A stretch of 64,000 bases of DNA, taken from assembly GCA_963712215.1 (NCBI GenBank), contig CAVQHA010000007.1, positions 143,583-207,582 of the forward strand. Reading direction: 5' to 3'. A program made the position numbers and the translations under genes. The notes below the pieces were generated by a model. That model did not search any database, was not told the origin of the DNA, and saw only the letters and a list, made by a program, of their open reading frames with translations. Below, one piece after another: positions 9,445-20,069 of this stretch (positions are counted from its first letter, which is position 1; each line of letters begins with the position of its first letter). This DNA comes from an uncultured Methanomicrobiales archaeon (lineage in GTDB: Archaea > Halobacteriota > Methanomicrobia > Methanomicrobiales > JACTUA01).

Positions 9445-12400
9445 ATGGTAGAGAATGACGGGTCGCGGGGGGTCCTCGTGAGGGCGGTGGAGAGCACCTA
9501 CCATGCCGGGGAGGTGGAGGAGTCTGTCCGGGAGTTCTGGCGGGGCGGGGATATCTACCGGAAGGTGCGGGACCTCCGGAGCGGAGGGAAACCCTTCTTC
9601 TTCGTCGATGGGCCGCCCTATACCACGGGGAACATCCACCTCGGCACGGCCTGGAACAAGATCCTCAAGGACGCGATCATCCGCTACCACCGCCTGAAAG
9701 GGAGGCATGTCATCGAGCGGGCAGGCTATGACATGCACGGCCTCCCTATCGAGGTGAAGGTGGAGCACAACCTCGGGTTCTCCTCGAAGAAGGAGATCGA
9801 GACCTTCGGCATCGGCGCATTCATCGACGAGTGCAGGCGCTTCGCACTCGGGAACATGAAGGTCATGTCCGACCAGTTCCGCAGGCTCGGGGTCTGGCTG
9901 GACTTCGACGACCCCTACCTCACCGTCGCCCCCGCGTACATCGAGGCGGCGTGGTGGACCCTTGCCCGGGCCGGGGAGAGGAAGATGCTCGAGAGGGGCC
10001 ACCGGGTGGTGAACTGGTGCCCCCGCTGCGAGACCGCCATCGCCGACTCGGAGGTGGAGTACTGGGAGAGGAAAGACCCCTCCATCTTCGTGAAGTTCCC
10101 GGTGAAGGGACGCGAGGGTGAGTACCTGGTCATCTGGACGACCACGCCGTGGACCCTCCCCGCGAACGTCGCCGCGGCGGTCCAGGCTGGCGCCATCTAC
10201 GCGAGGGTAAGGGCAGAGAAGGACGGCCGCACCGAGACCCTCTGGATGGCCGATGACCTGGTGGAGCAGGTGCTCAGGAAGGGCCGGTACCAGGACTTCA
10301 ACGTCCTTGAGAAGGTCCTCGGCCGGGAACTCATCGGCCTCGAGTACGAATCGCCTCTCGCCGATAAGGTTCCTTTCCAGAGGGAATATACCCACAAGGT
10401 CACCGAGGCGGACTTCGTCACCCTTGAGAACACGGGGATCGTCCACATCGCCCCGGGCCACGGCTGGGACGACTACCTCCTCGGGATGAAGGAGGGGCTC
10501 CCCATCTTCTGCCCGGTGGACGGTACCGCCGGTTCACCGCCGATGGAGGGGCCTATGCCGGGTATCTTCGTGAAGGACGCCGACGGGATAGTCCTCGAGG
10601 ATCTCGGGGAGGACCTCATGGCAAAGGGGGAGGTCGTCCACCGCTACGGGCACTGCTGGCGGTGCAAGACCCCCATCATCTTCCGTGCCACCTCGCAGTG
10701 GTTCCTCAAGGCGTCGGAGATCCGGGAGCAGATGCTCGCCGAGTGCGCCGCTGTCACCTGGTACCCGGGATGGGCGGGGTCGGCCCGTTTCTACGACTGG
10801 CTGAAGGAGGCCCGGGACTGGTGCATCTCGCGCCAGCGCTACTGGGGGATTCCCATCCCCATCTGGGAGTGCGGGAGCCTGCACAGGCCACAAGATCATC
10901 GGCACCATCGCCGAGCTCGAGGCCCTCTCGGGGGTGAAGGTCCCCGACCCCCACCGGCCGTACGTGGACTGCATCACGATCCCCTGCGCCTGCGGCGGGA
11001 CGATGCACCGGGTCGAGGACATCTTCGATGTCTGGTTCGACTCGGCGGTTGCCTCCTGGGCGACCCTCGGCTTCCCCGGCGAACGGGAGAAATTCGAGAA
11101 GTACTGGCCCGCCGACTTTATCACCGAGGGGCAGGACCAGACGAGGGGCTGGTTCTACTCCCAGCTCGGGGCATCGGTCATCGCCTTCTCCCGCTCGCCC
11201 TACCGGAGCGTGCTCATGCACGGCTTCGCCCTCGATGCCGAGGGCCGGAAGATGTCGAAGAGCCTGGGGAACGTCGTCGCCCCCGAGGAGGTCATCGGGA
11301 AGGCCGGGGTGGACGTGCTCAGGCTCTACATCCTCTCGGCGAACGCCCCGTGGGACGACCTGAAGTTCAACTGGGACGGGGTGAAGACGGTGAACCGGGC
11401 GGTGAACATCCTCTGGAACGTCTACCGCTTCCCCCTCCCGTACATGATCCTGGACGGGTTCGCACCTCCCGATGACGGGGAAGGGAGGTTCGACCCCTCG
11501 CGTCTCCTCGCGAACCTGGGAGCGATGCTTCCTGAGGACCGCTGGATCCTCTCCCGGATCGAGACCCTGACCACCGAGGTGGACGCCGCGATGCAGGTCT
11601 GCGAACTCCACAGGGCGACGCGGGCGATCTCGGAGTTCATCCTCGAGGACCTCTCCAGGTGGTACGTCCAGCTCGTCCGACCCCGGATGTGGCTGGAGGG
11701 AGAGTCCCCGGAGAAGCAGCAGGCCTACGACACCATCTACTTCACCATGCGAAGGCTCGTCCAGCTCCTCTCGCCCTTCACCCCGCATCTCTCCGAGGAG
11801 ATCTACCCGGAACCTTCGTCTCCCGGGAGAGCCCGAGAGCGTCCATATGCTCGACTGGCCCCGGGCCGAACCCGTCCCTCACCGACAGGGATCTCGAGTC
11901 CGCCATGTCCGTCGTCCGCTCATTCGACGATGCGGTGGCGAATGCACGGCAGGCGGCGAAACGGAAGCTCCGCTGGCCGGTGGCGGAGTGCGTCGTGGAG
12001 ACGACTTCGCCGGAGGTTGCCCGGGCATTCCGGGACCTCGGATCTATCGCCCGGAACAGGGCGAATGCGAAAAGGGTAACCGTTGTCGAGGGATCCTGGG
12101 ACCGGATGGGGATCCGGGCCGAGCCGGTCATGAGGGCCCTCGGCCCGGTGTTCGGCAAGGATGCCCCGAAGGTGAAGAAGCTCATCGAAGCCGCAGACGG
12201 GCGGTCCCTGCACGAGTCTGTCGAGAGGGACGGGAGATTTGTTTTTACCGGCGGAGAGAGGTCCTTCGAGATCACGCCTGCCCAGGTCACCTTCGCCCGG
12301 GTTATCCCCGACGGGTTCACGTCTGCGCCGATGGAAGGGGGCACCGTGTACGTGGACAGCAGGCTCACCCCGGAGCCTCGAAGGAGAGGGCTATGCACGG

Positions 12401-12667
12401 GAGGTGATCCGCAGGCTCCAGGAGATGCGCCGGCAGCTCAACCTGGCGGTCGAGGAGTTCATCATCGCCGATGTTCTCATCGGGGACCCGAGGATTGCCT
12501 CCCTCGTGAAGTCCGGCTGGTCTGACAGGATCGCCGGCGAGGTGAGGGCACGATCGCTCGCCATCCGCCTGCCCGGGGAAGAGAGGCCTGCAGCAGAGGG
12601 TGAAATGGAGAACAGCTGGGAGATAGAAGGGATCGAGGTCAGGACGGCAGTCTCACGGGCTGCCTAG
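9445..12667 (+). CDS. ileS: Isoleucine-tRNA ligase, about 6 frame disruptions
   Basis: Class I signatures are present: [16 protein letters not shown] (HIGH) and KMSKSLGN (KMSKS). The gene is pieced together from ORFs 9445.., 10934.., 11847.., 11659.. and 12239..12667. Frame changes lie near 10526 and 10560 (a compensating pair), 10885, 11807, 11873 and 12376. Confidence 0.92.
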
Positions 12668-13385
12668 GATCCCTTCCAGGAACGCCCTGCCCTCCGGGCT
12701 CGAGAAGACGGGGAGATCCCTCTCGATCGTGACGGCCCTCCGGACCGCTTCGGCCGGCTCCCCGGTACGGGGATCACAGCCGGGCCGCACCTCCTCTCTC
12801 CTGTAGACGAGGACCCCCCGTCGCTGCCATGCCGGGGTCTTTGCGAGGTTCACCCCCCGGGAGAACATGAACTCGTGGAGCTGCCTCGCTCCTCATCCCC
12901 GAGAGCCGGCCGGCCACCTCATCCGGCGGTATCCCTTCCCTGACGAGGGCGTCCTGGCAGTACGCGTTCAGGTGGTTCCGCCAGGCCTCCTGCTGCCTCC
13001 CGCAGAGGTACTCGGCGGCATAGCTCCGTGAGGCCACGATGACCCTCGCGTCGAAGGCGAGGGGCTGGTCCGTGGAGAGGGCGAGGGTGAGGCTGCTCGC
13101 CGCAAAGGACGCGAGGACCGAGTCGATCTTCTCGACCCGGCCCCTGAAGGGGAGCCCGGGGAAGTAGAGGCTGATCTCGTCCGAGAAGGTGAAGGCGAAG
13201 AGGGGGGCGAGGCCGCTCTCCCCGAGGAGCCGCTCGCAGACCCCGGCCATCGCCCGCGAGAAGCCCTCGTCAAAGGGCCGCGAGAGGCGCAGCCTCTTCG
13301 CGAGCCGGTGGAAGGCCCGCCCGTCGAGCCTGACAAAGATGGGGGGGACGATGGAAAGGTTCCCGAAGATCTCTCTCTCTTCCAT
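12653..13385 (-). CDS. thg1: tRNA-His guanylyltransferase (Thg1-like protein), one frameshift
   Basis: N-terminal fragment: IFVRLDGRAFHRL...FTFSDEISLYF...SFAASS. C-terminal fragment: LHEFMFSRGVNLAKTPAWQRRGVLVY. The junction is at about 12880-12884. Confidence 0.8.
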
Positions 13386-13458
13386 AAAAACAGATATCGG
13401 ATGGGGCGTTCCCCTTATACCGGGAAATCCGGGGCCCCGCCCCCTGGATCGCTCATCC

Positions 13459-13710
13459 TTACTCTTGCCGGAACTGCGCCGAGAGGTGGCGGATGACGAT
13501 AATATCGCCGATGGCCTTGATGATCCTGAAGGGGATCTTGATGCCCTTGAACCCCTTCACGTCGACGAGCTCGGGGTTGAGGTTCCCGATGGCCAGGGCG
13601 TCGAGCTTCTTGTTGTCTACATCGATCACGACATCCTCGACGTCCCCCACGTAGATTGCCTTATCGGTGTACACAGAGAGCCCGAATAACTCGGTTATTT
13701 GCGTTATCAT
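13459..13710 (-). CDS. PRC-barrel domain protein
   Basis: Intact 83-aa ORF (ELFGLSVYTDKAIYVGDVEDVVIDVDNKKLDALAI), typical of small archaeal PRC-barrel proteins. Confidence 0.7.
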   Translation of the reverse strand: MITQITELFGLSVYTDKAIYVGDVEDVVIDVDNKKLDALAIGNLNPELVDVKGFKGIKIPFRIIKAIGDIIVIRHLSAQFRQE

Positions 13711-13753
13711 CGTTATCAGAGGAAGATCAGCTACTTAAACATTAAAAAGATAC

Positions 13754-14905
13754 TTGTCTCGCATGGTCGGTTCCATCAGGATCGGGAGGATCTTCGGGAT
13801 TCCCGTCATCCTCCACTGGTCCCTTCTGATCGCGATCCCCCTCTTCACCCTGGTCATCGGGTACCGATATCCCTCTCCTGAGCGAACCTGTTTTCGGCCT
13901 GTTCCGGGTAGCGAGCCCCGACACGAGCCTGCTCGTCCAGGGCTGGGACCCCTACATCCTCGGGGCCGTCGTCTCCCTCGCCCTCTTCGTCTGCGTGCTC
14001 ATCCACGAGCTCGCCCACTGCGTCGTGGCACTCCGGCGGGGCATCCGGATCAACAGCATCACCCTCCTCATCCTCGGGGGTATCTCCTCCATCGAGAACG
14101 AGCTCCCCGACCCCCGTGACGAGCTCCCCATGGCCCTCGCCGGCCCCGTGACGAGCCTCGGCCTCGGGGTCCTCTCCACGGTCCTCGTCTTCGCGACGCT
14201 GTCCGTAGTTACGAATACGCCCGGTCGCGGGCGTCCTCGTCTTCCTCTTCGGGTACCTCGCCCTCCTCAACCTGATCCTCTTCGTCTTCAACCTCCTCCC
14301 CGCGTTCCCCATGGACGGGGGACGGGTGCTCCGGGCCTGGCTCGCCCAGCGGATGCCCCTCGCCCAGGCGACGAAGATCGCCGCCGATATCGGGAAGATC
14401 TTTGCCATCATCTTCGGGATCTTCGGCGTCTTCGTCGTCTTCAACCCGGTACTCATCATCATCGCCTTCTTTATCTACGTCGGGGCAGACCAGGAGTTCA
14501 TCGCGCTCCGGACCACCCTCCTCCTCAAGGACGTGGCGGTGAAAGACGTGATGTCCCCGAACCTCGTCACGGTCGCCCCCGACATGCCCGTCCCCGAGGT
14601 GATCCGGCTCATGTACTCCACCAAGCATCTCGGCTTCCCCGTCGTCGAGATGGGTGCACTCGTCGGTATGGTCACCCTGGAGGATGTCCACCGCACATCG
14701 GAGATCGACCGGGATGCGAAACGGGTCAGGGACATCATGACAAGGACCCTGCTCACCCTCCCCCCGACGGCCATGCTCTCCGATGCTTTCAGGCTCATGT
14801 CCAGCTACAAGGTCGGCCGCATCCCGATCGTCGCTGAGAACAACCTCCTCGGTATCGTCACCCGGACGGATATCCTCAAGGTGATGGAGACTCAGGGAAG
14901 CCTAG
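13754..14905 (+). CDS. M50 site-2 metalloprotease with tandem CBS domains, at least 2 frameshifts, 3-prime end uncertain
   Basis: Contains the HELAHCVVALRRG (HExxH) and NLLPAFPMDGGRVL motifs followed by two CBS repeats (VMSPNLVTVAPD..., IMTRTLLTLPP...GRIPIV). Frame changes lie near 13860 and 14215. The frame stays open to 15198, antisense to the next gene. A TAG at 14903-14905 in a neighbouring frame suggests the true end is near 14900. Confidence 0.75.
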
Positions 14906-16553
14906 GAAGTCCGGAAGGAGAGGGCCCGGTCCAGGGGGTGTTCCCCTGCCACGGCCCGGAATGCTGCGAGATCGGCGAAGGGACGGGCAGCAGCGATCCC
15001 CCCGGCCCTCTTCTTCCCAATCCCCGGGATCCAGGCCAGCGACTGGAGAGGGAGCCGGTTCACCTCGATAGGATAGGGGAGGGCCGTGATGGACCGCATC
15101 CCCCAGTCCACGACGATGGCATCGACAACCGTCCTCTCCGGGACCTGGAGGGGGATCCCCACGAGGACGGGATAGGATCCCATCTGGCGCCCGAATGAGA
15201 CCCGGCCCGGCACCTCGACGATCACCCGCCTGAGGACGGTCCCGAGGGGGAAGATCCTCGCGATCATGGGATGATCGAACTCCTTCCTGACCTTCTCCTT
15301 GAACCTGCGGAAGAGACGGTCGTGCATCCCGAGCGTATTCTCCTCGTAGGCCCGGGTACCGGGAAATGCCATGAGCCTCCTGATGTTCACCCGGCGGACG
15401 AGGAGCCCTCTTGAGAGGACACCGGCGAGGAACTGTTCGTTCAGGGAGAAGGTCTCTTCGGTCTCGCCGGCGAGGCCTATCACGAAGTTCAGGCCGGGCA
15501 GGAGCCCGGGTATCCCTTCTCTTCGCATCCCTCCCTCCTCGTTCACCACCCGGATGGCCTGCAGGACCTGTTCAGGGGTTGCTTTCAGGTTGTTCGCCGC
15601 AACCACCGCCGGATCTGCGGTCTCGAGCCCGAAAGCCGCCACATCCCCGGGGTATGCCCCCCGACAATGGTCCGGAGTGCCTCGCGGCTTGCTTCCTCGT
15701 GCCGGGCGATGGTCCCGGGGTTCACGTTGTCGATGTGGAGGGTGAGGAGGTCAGGGGCGGCCCGCCGGATCCCGTGGAAGAGATCGCGGAGCAGCCCGGG
15801 ATCCGGCCTCGGGAACTCCCCTCCGACCACCCCGTACGTGAGGAGATCGGGCTGCCTCCCAAGGCGGAAATGCATGGCTCCGTTCGCCGAGAGAGCTGCT
15901 ACCTCCGATGTAATCTCCTCGGCAGTCCTGAACCGGGGCGGACCATAGAAGGGCTCGGTGCAGAAGGAGCACCCGCCCGAGACCGACCTGCTGCAGCCCG
16001 TCGCGGTCTCGAGCTCGCACATGATGTGCGGGAAGGACGGGTGGTCGCGGATCACGGGGGCGCCCGCGACCAGCCACTCCCCCAGCCGGCGATAGTCACC
16101 CCCGCCCCTCGGTTCGCCGCCGGAGAGGAACGAGTCCAGGGCGGCGGCAGGAGATCCCTCGAGGAGGACCGGAAAGCCGGCGATCTCCCGCTGCAGGGCC
16201 TTCGTACCGCCCTGCGGCGAGTATCCGAAGAGGATAGGGCCGCCGAGGAAGGTCTTTGGGTGCCGGAGCGTGGATCCGATCTGCTCGATCTCGCCGAGGG
16301 TGGCGGGTGTTCCCGCCAGGTACTTCCCGGGCACCGTGACCCCTGCCACCATCACCACCATCCCGGCCTTGTCGAGCGAGAGGAGGAGGGGGGGTTCCCG
16401 CCTCAGCTGGTCGATGGTCAGGTAGGTGACCCGGTACCCCCTGCCCAGGAGGACCCCGGCGACGGAGCGTACCTGGGGTGCGATGTACGGCGGGACCCCC
16501 AGGCAGGCAGGTTCGTCGATGTATCCGTCCAGGATGACCGCGTCAGAGGTCAT
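14902..16553 (-). CDS. Radical SAM protein with C-terminal helix-hairpin-helix, one frameshift
   Basis: Starts MTSDAVILDGYIDEPACLGVPPYI and has the Cys cluster ATGCSRSVSGGCSFCTEP. The C-terminus carries IPGIGKKRAGGIAAARPF. The frames join at the G/C run near 15645-15649. Confidence 0.75.
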
Positions 16554-17209
16554 GGCCTGCGAGTCTGAGGAGCTCCCGGGCGAAGAGGAGTTTCCCCGCT
16601 TCACCGGTCCCACGGTCGGATCGTCAAGGTCAAAGCCCGCAAGCCTGACCTCCGACGCACCAAGGGCGTCTGCGAGGAAGACGGCACGATCACCGTCAGA
16701 GAACCCGCCGAAGTTGTGGATCCGGTCCGAACGGCCGGCTCTGGGTGGTCCCCACGAGGGGACCAGGGAACCGGGGAACCCACCGGCGGAGGAGGTCCAT
16801 GTTGTCCCCGTGGGCATGGACGACGATGACCGTGCCTGCCCTGTTCATGCCGATGAATGCATCCGTGGCACCGTCGAGAATCGGTGACGATTACATCGGG
16901 TCAGATTCCCCGGGCGAAGAGTCGGTTGGCCGCCCCATCTGCGGCGATGACCGTGCCCTTTATCCTGTCCAGCTCTTCAATCAGGTTCGGGCCGTTCCCG
17001 CAGACCGTGGCGGGCTTCCCCCTGATGCATTCTTCGAGAAGGGGGAGGTCGTCCCGGGTGAGGAGGGAGGAGAGGAGGACCGCTGACTCCTCGTCCCGTG
17101 CCCGGTCGAAGGAGAAGTGGGCGAGGATCCGGAGGTAGTAGGGCTCCCAGTCCTCAAATCTCGAAAACAGGGGGACTTTTGCCCCTTGCATTCCTGGATC
17201 GGTATTCAC
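16543..17209 (-). CDS. mptE: 6-hydroxymethyl-7,8-dihydropterin pyrophosphokinase MptE (DUF115), heavily disrupted
   Basis: Reconstructed as CGNGPNL...VIAADGAANRLFARGI-[TGA]-PDVIVTD-LDGATDAFI...VIVVHAHGDNM...NFGGFSDGDRAVFLADALGA...LAGFD. There is an in-frame TGA at 16901-16903 and frameshifts near 16880, 16723 and 16594. The reconstructed stop overlaps the radical SAM start. Confidence 0.65.
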
Positions 17210-17246
17210 TCCATCCCCACATTACAATTTGATGGGGTAAATACCA

Positions 17247-18723
17247 TCAAATCTCGAAGATCTCATGGGACTCTTCCTTCTCGAGGCCCACGACCCGCAT
17301 GAACTTGCGCATGACGGGCTCGAGCACCAGGGCGAGGAGGTCGTCCTTTGTCTTCACGAGGGAGAAGTAGGTGAGCGGGATCGTCGCCGCCGCCATGTTC
17401 GGGTGCCCGCCCGCCTCGCCGATATCCCCGAAGGCCTCGGCGAGGACGTTCCCGATGTGCAGGCGGATGTCCTTGTTCCGCGCCGAGATGTAGATGGCGG
17501 AATCGCCGATCCCGATGGCGAGGGCCGTGTTCACCCCTTCCAGGTTGATCAGGAGGTCGGCCGCCTGGGGCAGTGCGTCCCGGTTCCTGACGTACCCGAC
17601 GTTGGAGAAGAGGTACCCGCTCCGGATCTTCCGGTTCCGGATGGCGTTCCCCAGGATGTCGAGGGTCTCCTGGGAGACGGCAGGCGAGGTGATCTTCTCC
17701 AGGAGCTCGAGGTCGGTGAAGGGGAGGAGGAACGCGGCGTTGATGAAGTCCGCGGGCGTCACGTTCCGGCGGAAGTAGCGGGTGTCCGCCTGGATGCCGT
17801 AGAGGAGGGCGGTCGCCACCTTCTTGTTTACGACAATCCCGAGCTCCTTGAGGTACTGGGCCATCATCGTCGCGGTCGCCCCTATCCCGGAGCGGATGTC
17901 CACGAAGTCCCCCTTCACCTCGGGGACCTCGCCGTTCGTGTGATGGTCGATGACGATGTTCACCTGGGTCTTCTTCGAGAGGCTCGTTGTTCATCCCCGG
18001 GGCCAGGGAGTCGACCAGGGCCAGGTAGTCGCACTCCTTGAGGACCTGGGGGGTGATCCGCTCCATGTTGATGTCGAGCAGGTTCACGAAGGCCCGGTTC
18101 TCCTGGTGGCCGATGTTCCCGCCGTAGAGGAATCCGGCAGGTGAGGTTCTTCGGGTTCGCCTCCGAGGCGATGGCTACGAGGGCCATGGCGCTCGAGATG
18201 GAGTCAGGATCCGGGTTCGTGTGCGTCACGATCCCGAGGGTACCGTCCCATCCCGCGATGAGTTCGCTGAGCCTCCGCGCGAGCCGGGACGAGTGGAGCC
18301 TCTTCAGGTGGGCCTCGACCTCCCTCGCCACCACTTCCTGGGGGTAGATGACGAGATCCCCCCCGCCTCCTGGAGCATGCTGATCGAGACCGGGTCGGTG
18401 GCCCTCGCGATGATATGTGCCTTCGGGTACGCTGACCTCACGGTGCGGACGGCGGTCAGGTTCGCGTCCTTGTCATTGGAGAGGACAAAGGCGACGTCCG
18501 GCTCGGGGAGCCCGGAGATGAGCCCGGGGTTCGTGAGATCCCGGACGATGGCGTTGAACTTCTGGACCCTCAGGTCCTCGACTCTTTTTTCGTCGCGGTC
18601 GATGATGAGGATATCGGGGGTCTCCCGGAGGAGGGCCTCCACCACATTGTAGCCCGTGCTCCCGCACCCGAATATCAGGTATTTGACCTTCTTTTTCGCT
18701 CTGTCCACACCAGTACCCGCCAT
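17247..18723 (-). CDS. TrkA_N (NAD-binding) domain fused to a DHH/DHHA1 phosphoesterase, 3 frameshifts
   Basis: The N-terminus KYLIFGCGSTGYNVV...ILIIDRDEKRVEDL is a Rossmann/TrkA_N region. It is followed by THTNPDPDSISSAMAL (DHH motif I), NIVIDHHTNGE (the DHH motif) and GGHPNMAAAT (DHHA1). Frame changes lie at the C7 run 18358-18364, near 18135 and near 17975. Confidence 0.8.
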
Positions 18724-18844
18724 ATGTACAAAGATGCGCACTGCACCGTAATAAGGGATTCCGACATCTCTCCGGATTCTCGCAACCTCGAGCTCTTCCG
18801 AAGTCGACCCGGATTCCGAAATCGCCGGATTCCGCAAACTCGCA

Positions 18845-18987
18845 CCTCCGAAGTCGAAAATCCCTTCGGGATTTTCTCCACGGAGGTCCCTCGGCCCTGC
18901 GACTGGCGTCGCAGGACTCCTATTCCTTCGGGAATAGTCGTCCCTGCGGGCCTCGGCACCTCCGATTCCGAAGTCCTAGGGACTTCG
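18845..18987 (+). repeat. Cluster of four or more strong hairpins, two capped by C(UUCG)G, upstream of tRNA-Lys
   Basis: Hairpins: GAAAATCCC-TTCG-GGATTTTC (18856-18876, nested in CCTCCG/CGGAGG 18845-18886); CCTGCGAC-TGGC-GTCGCAGG (18896-18915); CTATTCC-TTCG-GGAATAG (18920-18937); GAAGTCC-TAG-GGACTTC (18970-18986). An imperfect direct repeat CCGGATTC..CTCCGAAGTCGA also occurs near 18771 and 18824. Confidence 0.75.
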
Positions 18988-19078
18988 TCACCGGTATTTC
19001 GAAACCCAGAGGGTTCCGAACCCCCGGTTCCGAAATCCTTATGGGAGACCATCAACCAGATAATACGTTCTACTATCG

Positions 19079-19153
19079 GGGCCTGTAAGCTTAGTCAGGT
19101 TGAGCGATGGACTCTTAATCCATCGGCCAGGGGTTCAAATCCCTTCAGGCCCG
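19079..19153 (+). tRNA. tRNA-Lys (anticodon CUU)
   Basis: Cloverleaf folded by hand: acceptor GGGCCTG/CAGGCCC, anticodon loop CT-CTT-AA, T arm AGGGG-TTCAAAT-CCCTT, then TTTT downstream. Three nt (TAA) lie between the acceptor and D stems instead of the canonical two, which suggests a 1-nt insertion. Confidence 0.85.
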
Positions 19154-19363
19154 TTTTCCGCATCTGCCTCCCGCAGGCCCGTTTTTATGTCCCCAAATCG
19201 CGTTCCGGGTGAACATTCCCTGGATTCCGGTCTTCCATCCCGGGTGATACCGGCCTTCCCCACAGGAAGAAAATACCTGATCGGTTGTGAAGGTCTTTCC
19301 TGAGGAAACGGTTTATCCCTCAGGCTCCAATGCTATACAGAGACCATCTGGTACGTGATCGCA

Positions 19364-19997
19364 ATGAAATGGATGATTGAACCAGCTGCCATCGCCCTTG
19401 GGATCATCATCGTCATCGTCTTCATCGTCATTCTCGGGGGGCAGATAGTCAAGGTCCAGCAGGCGAGCCCCGTGACCCCGGAACCGGTCATCCCTGTCGT
19501 CACTGCAATCACCGAGACCCCGACGACCGTCCCGGAGACACTGGAGCCTACGGCCGAGATAACGACGGTCACCCCGGCACCCACCATGCCAGCAACCTAT
19601 GCAGTCGCTTCGACACCCATCCGGGATCCGAATTATTACCCGCTTCCCTATTACTCGACCGTCTATGATCCCAGGTTATCGAACCTGCCTCCCGTGATCT
19701 TCGAACAGTCGTATAAGTTCAACTTCCAGTACCGAAGCGGTAGTGGCGAAGGTGGCGAAGGCCCCGTTGATCATCGACTTCGCGGTCTCGCCCGGATCGG
19801 ACAGTCCCATCCGGTCGTTCTTCATGATTACCATACGCGATAACACGACCCAGAAACTCCTTGCCCAGGATGGCTATTTCCGGACCTACAGCAGCAACAG
19901 TCCGAAAAGGCTGATCTTTTCATCTCCGGGAATATACCAGATCAACATGTACGGGTCCTTTGTAACGACGGACCTGACCCTCCGGGCACCCAACTGA
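19364..19997 (+). CDS. Membrane-anchored hypothetical protein with Thr/Pro-rich linker, one frameshift
   Basis: N-terminal TM helix (MKWMIEPAAIALGIIIVIVFIVILGG) and a TPEPVIPVVTAITETPTTVPE linker. The C-terminal part (ORF 19743..19997) joins near 19735. Confidence 0.55.
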
Positions 19998-20069
19998 CGG
20001 GTCAGAAGATTCAGCCAGGGCCGGCTTCCCGGCCTCCAGGGGGACATCTCCCCCATCGCCTTTCTGTTC

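Noticed and set aside
14906-15198. C-terminal extension of the M50/CBS protease ORF to 15198
   Set aside because: It runs about 300 nt antisense through the radical SAM gene with Gly/Pro/Glu-rich text. The protein is already full length (~384 aa) near 14905, so the missing stop is probably another indel artefact.
16901-16903. Selenocysteine or other programmed recoding of the in-frame TGA in mptE
   Set aside because: The gene also carries several frameshifts, no Sec machinery or SECIS-like element is seen in the window, and the lineage implied by gene content is not known to use Sec. A base error or nonsense mutation is simpler.
18724-19212. 162-aa ORF across the hairpin cluster, and ORFs 42721..43062(-) and 42825..43034(-) across the tRNA-Ala array
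   Set aside because: They read straight through tRNA genes and palindromic repeats. Their apparent peptide repeats simply reflect the DNA repeats.
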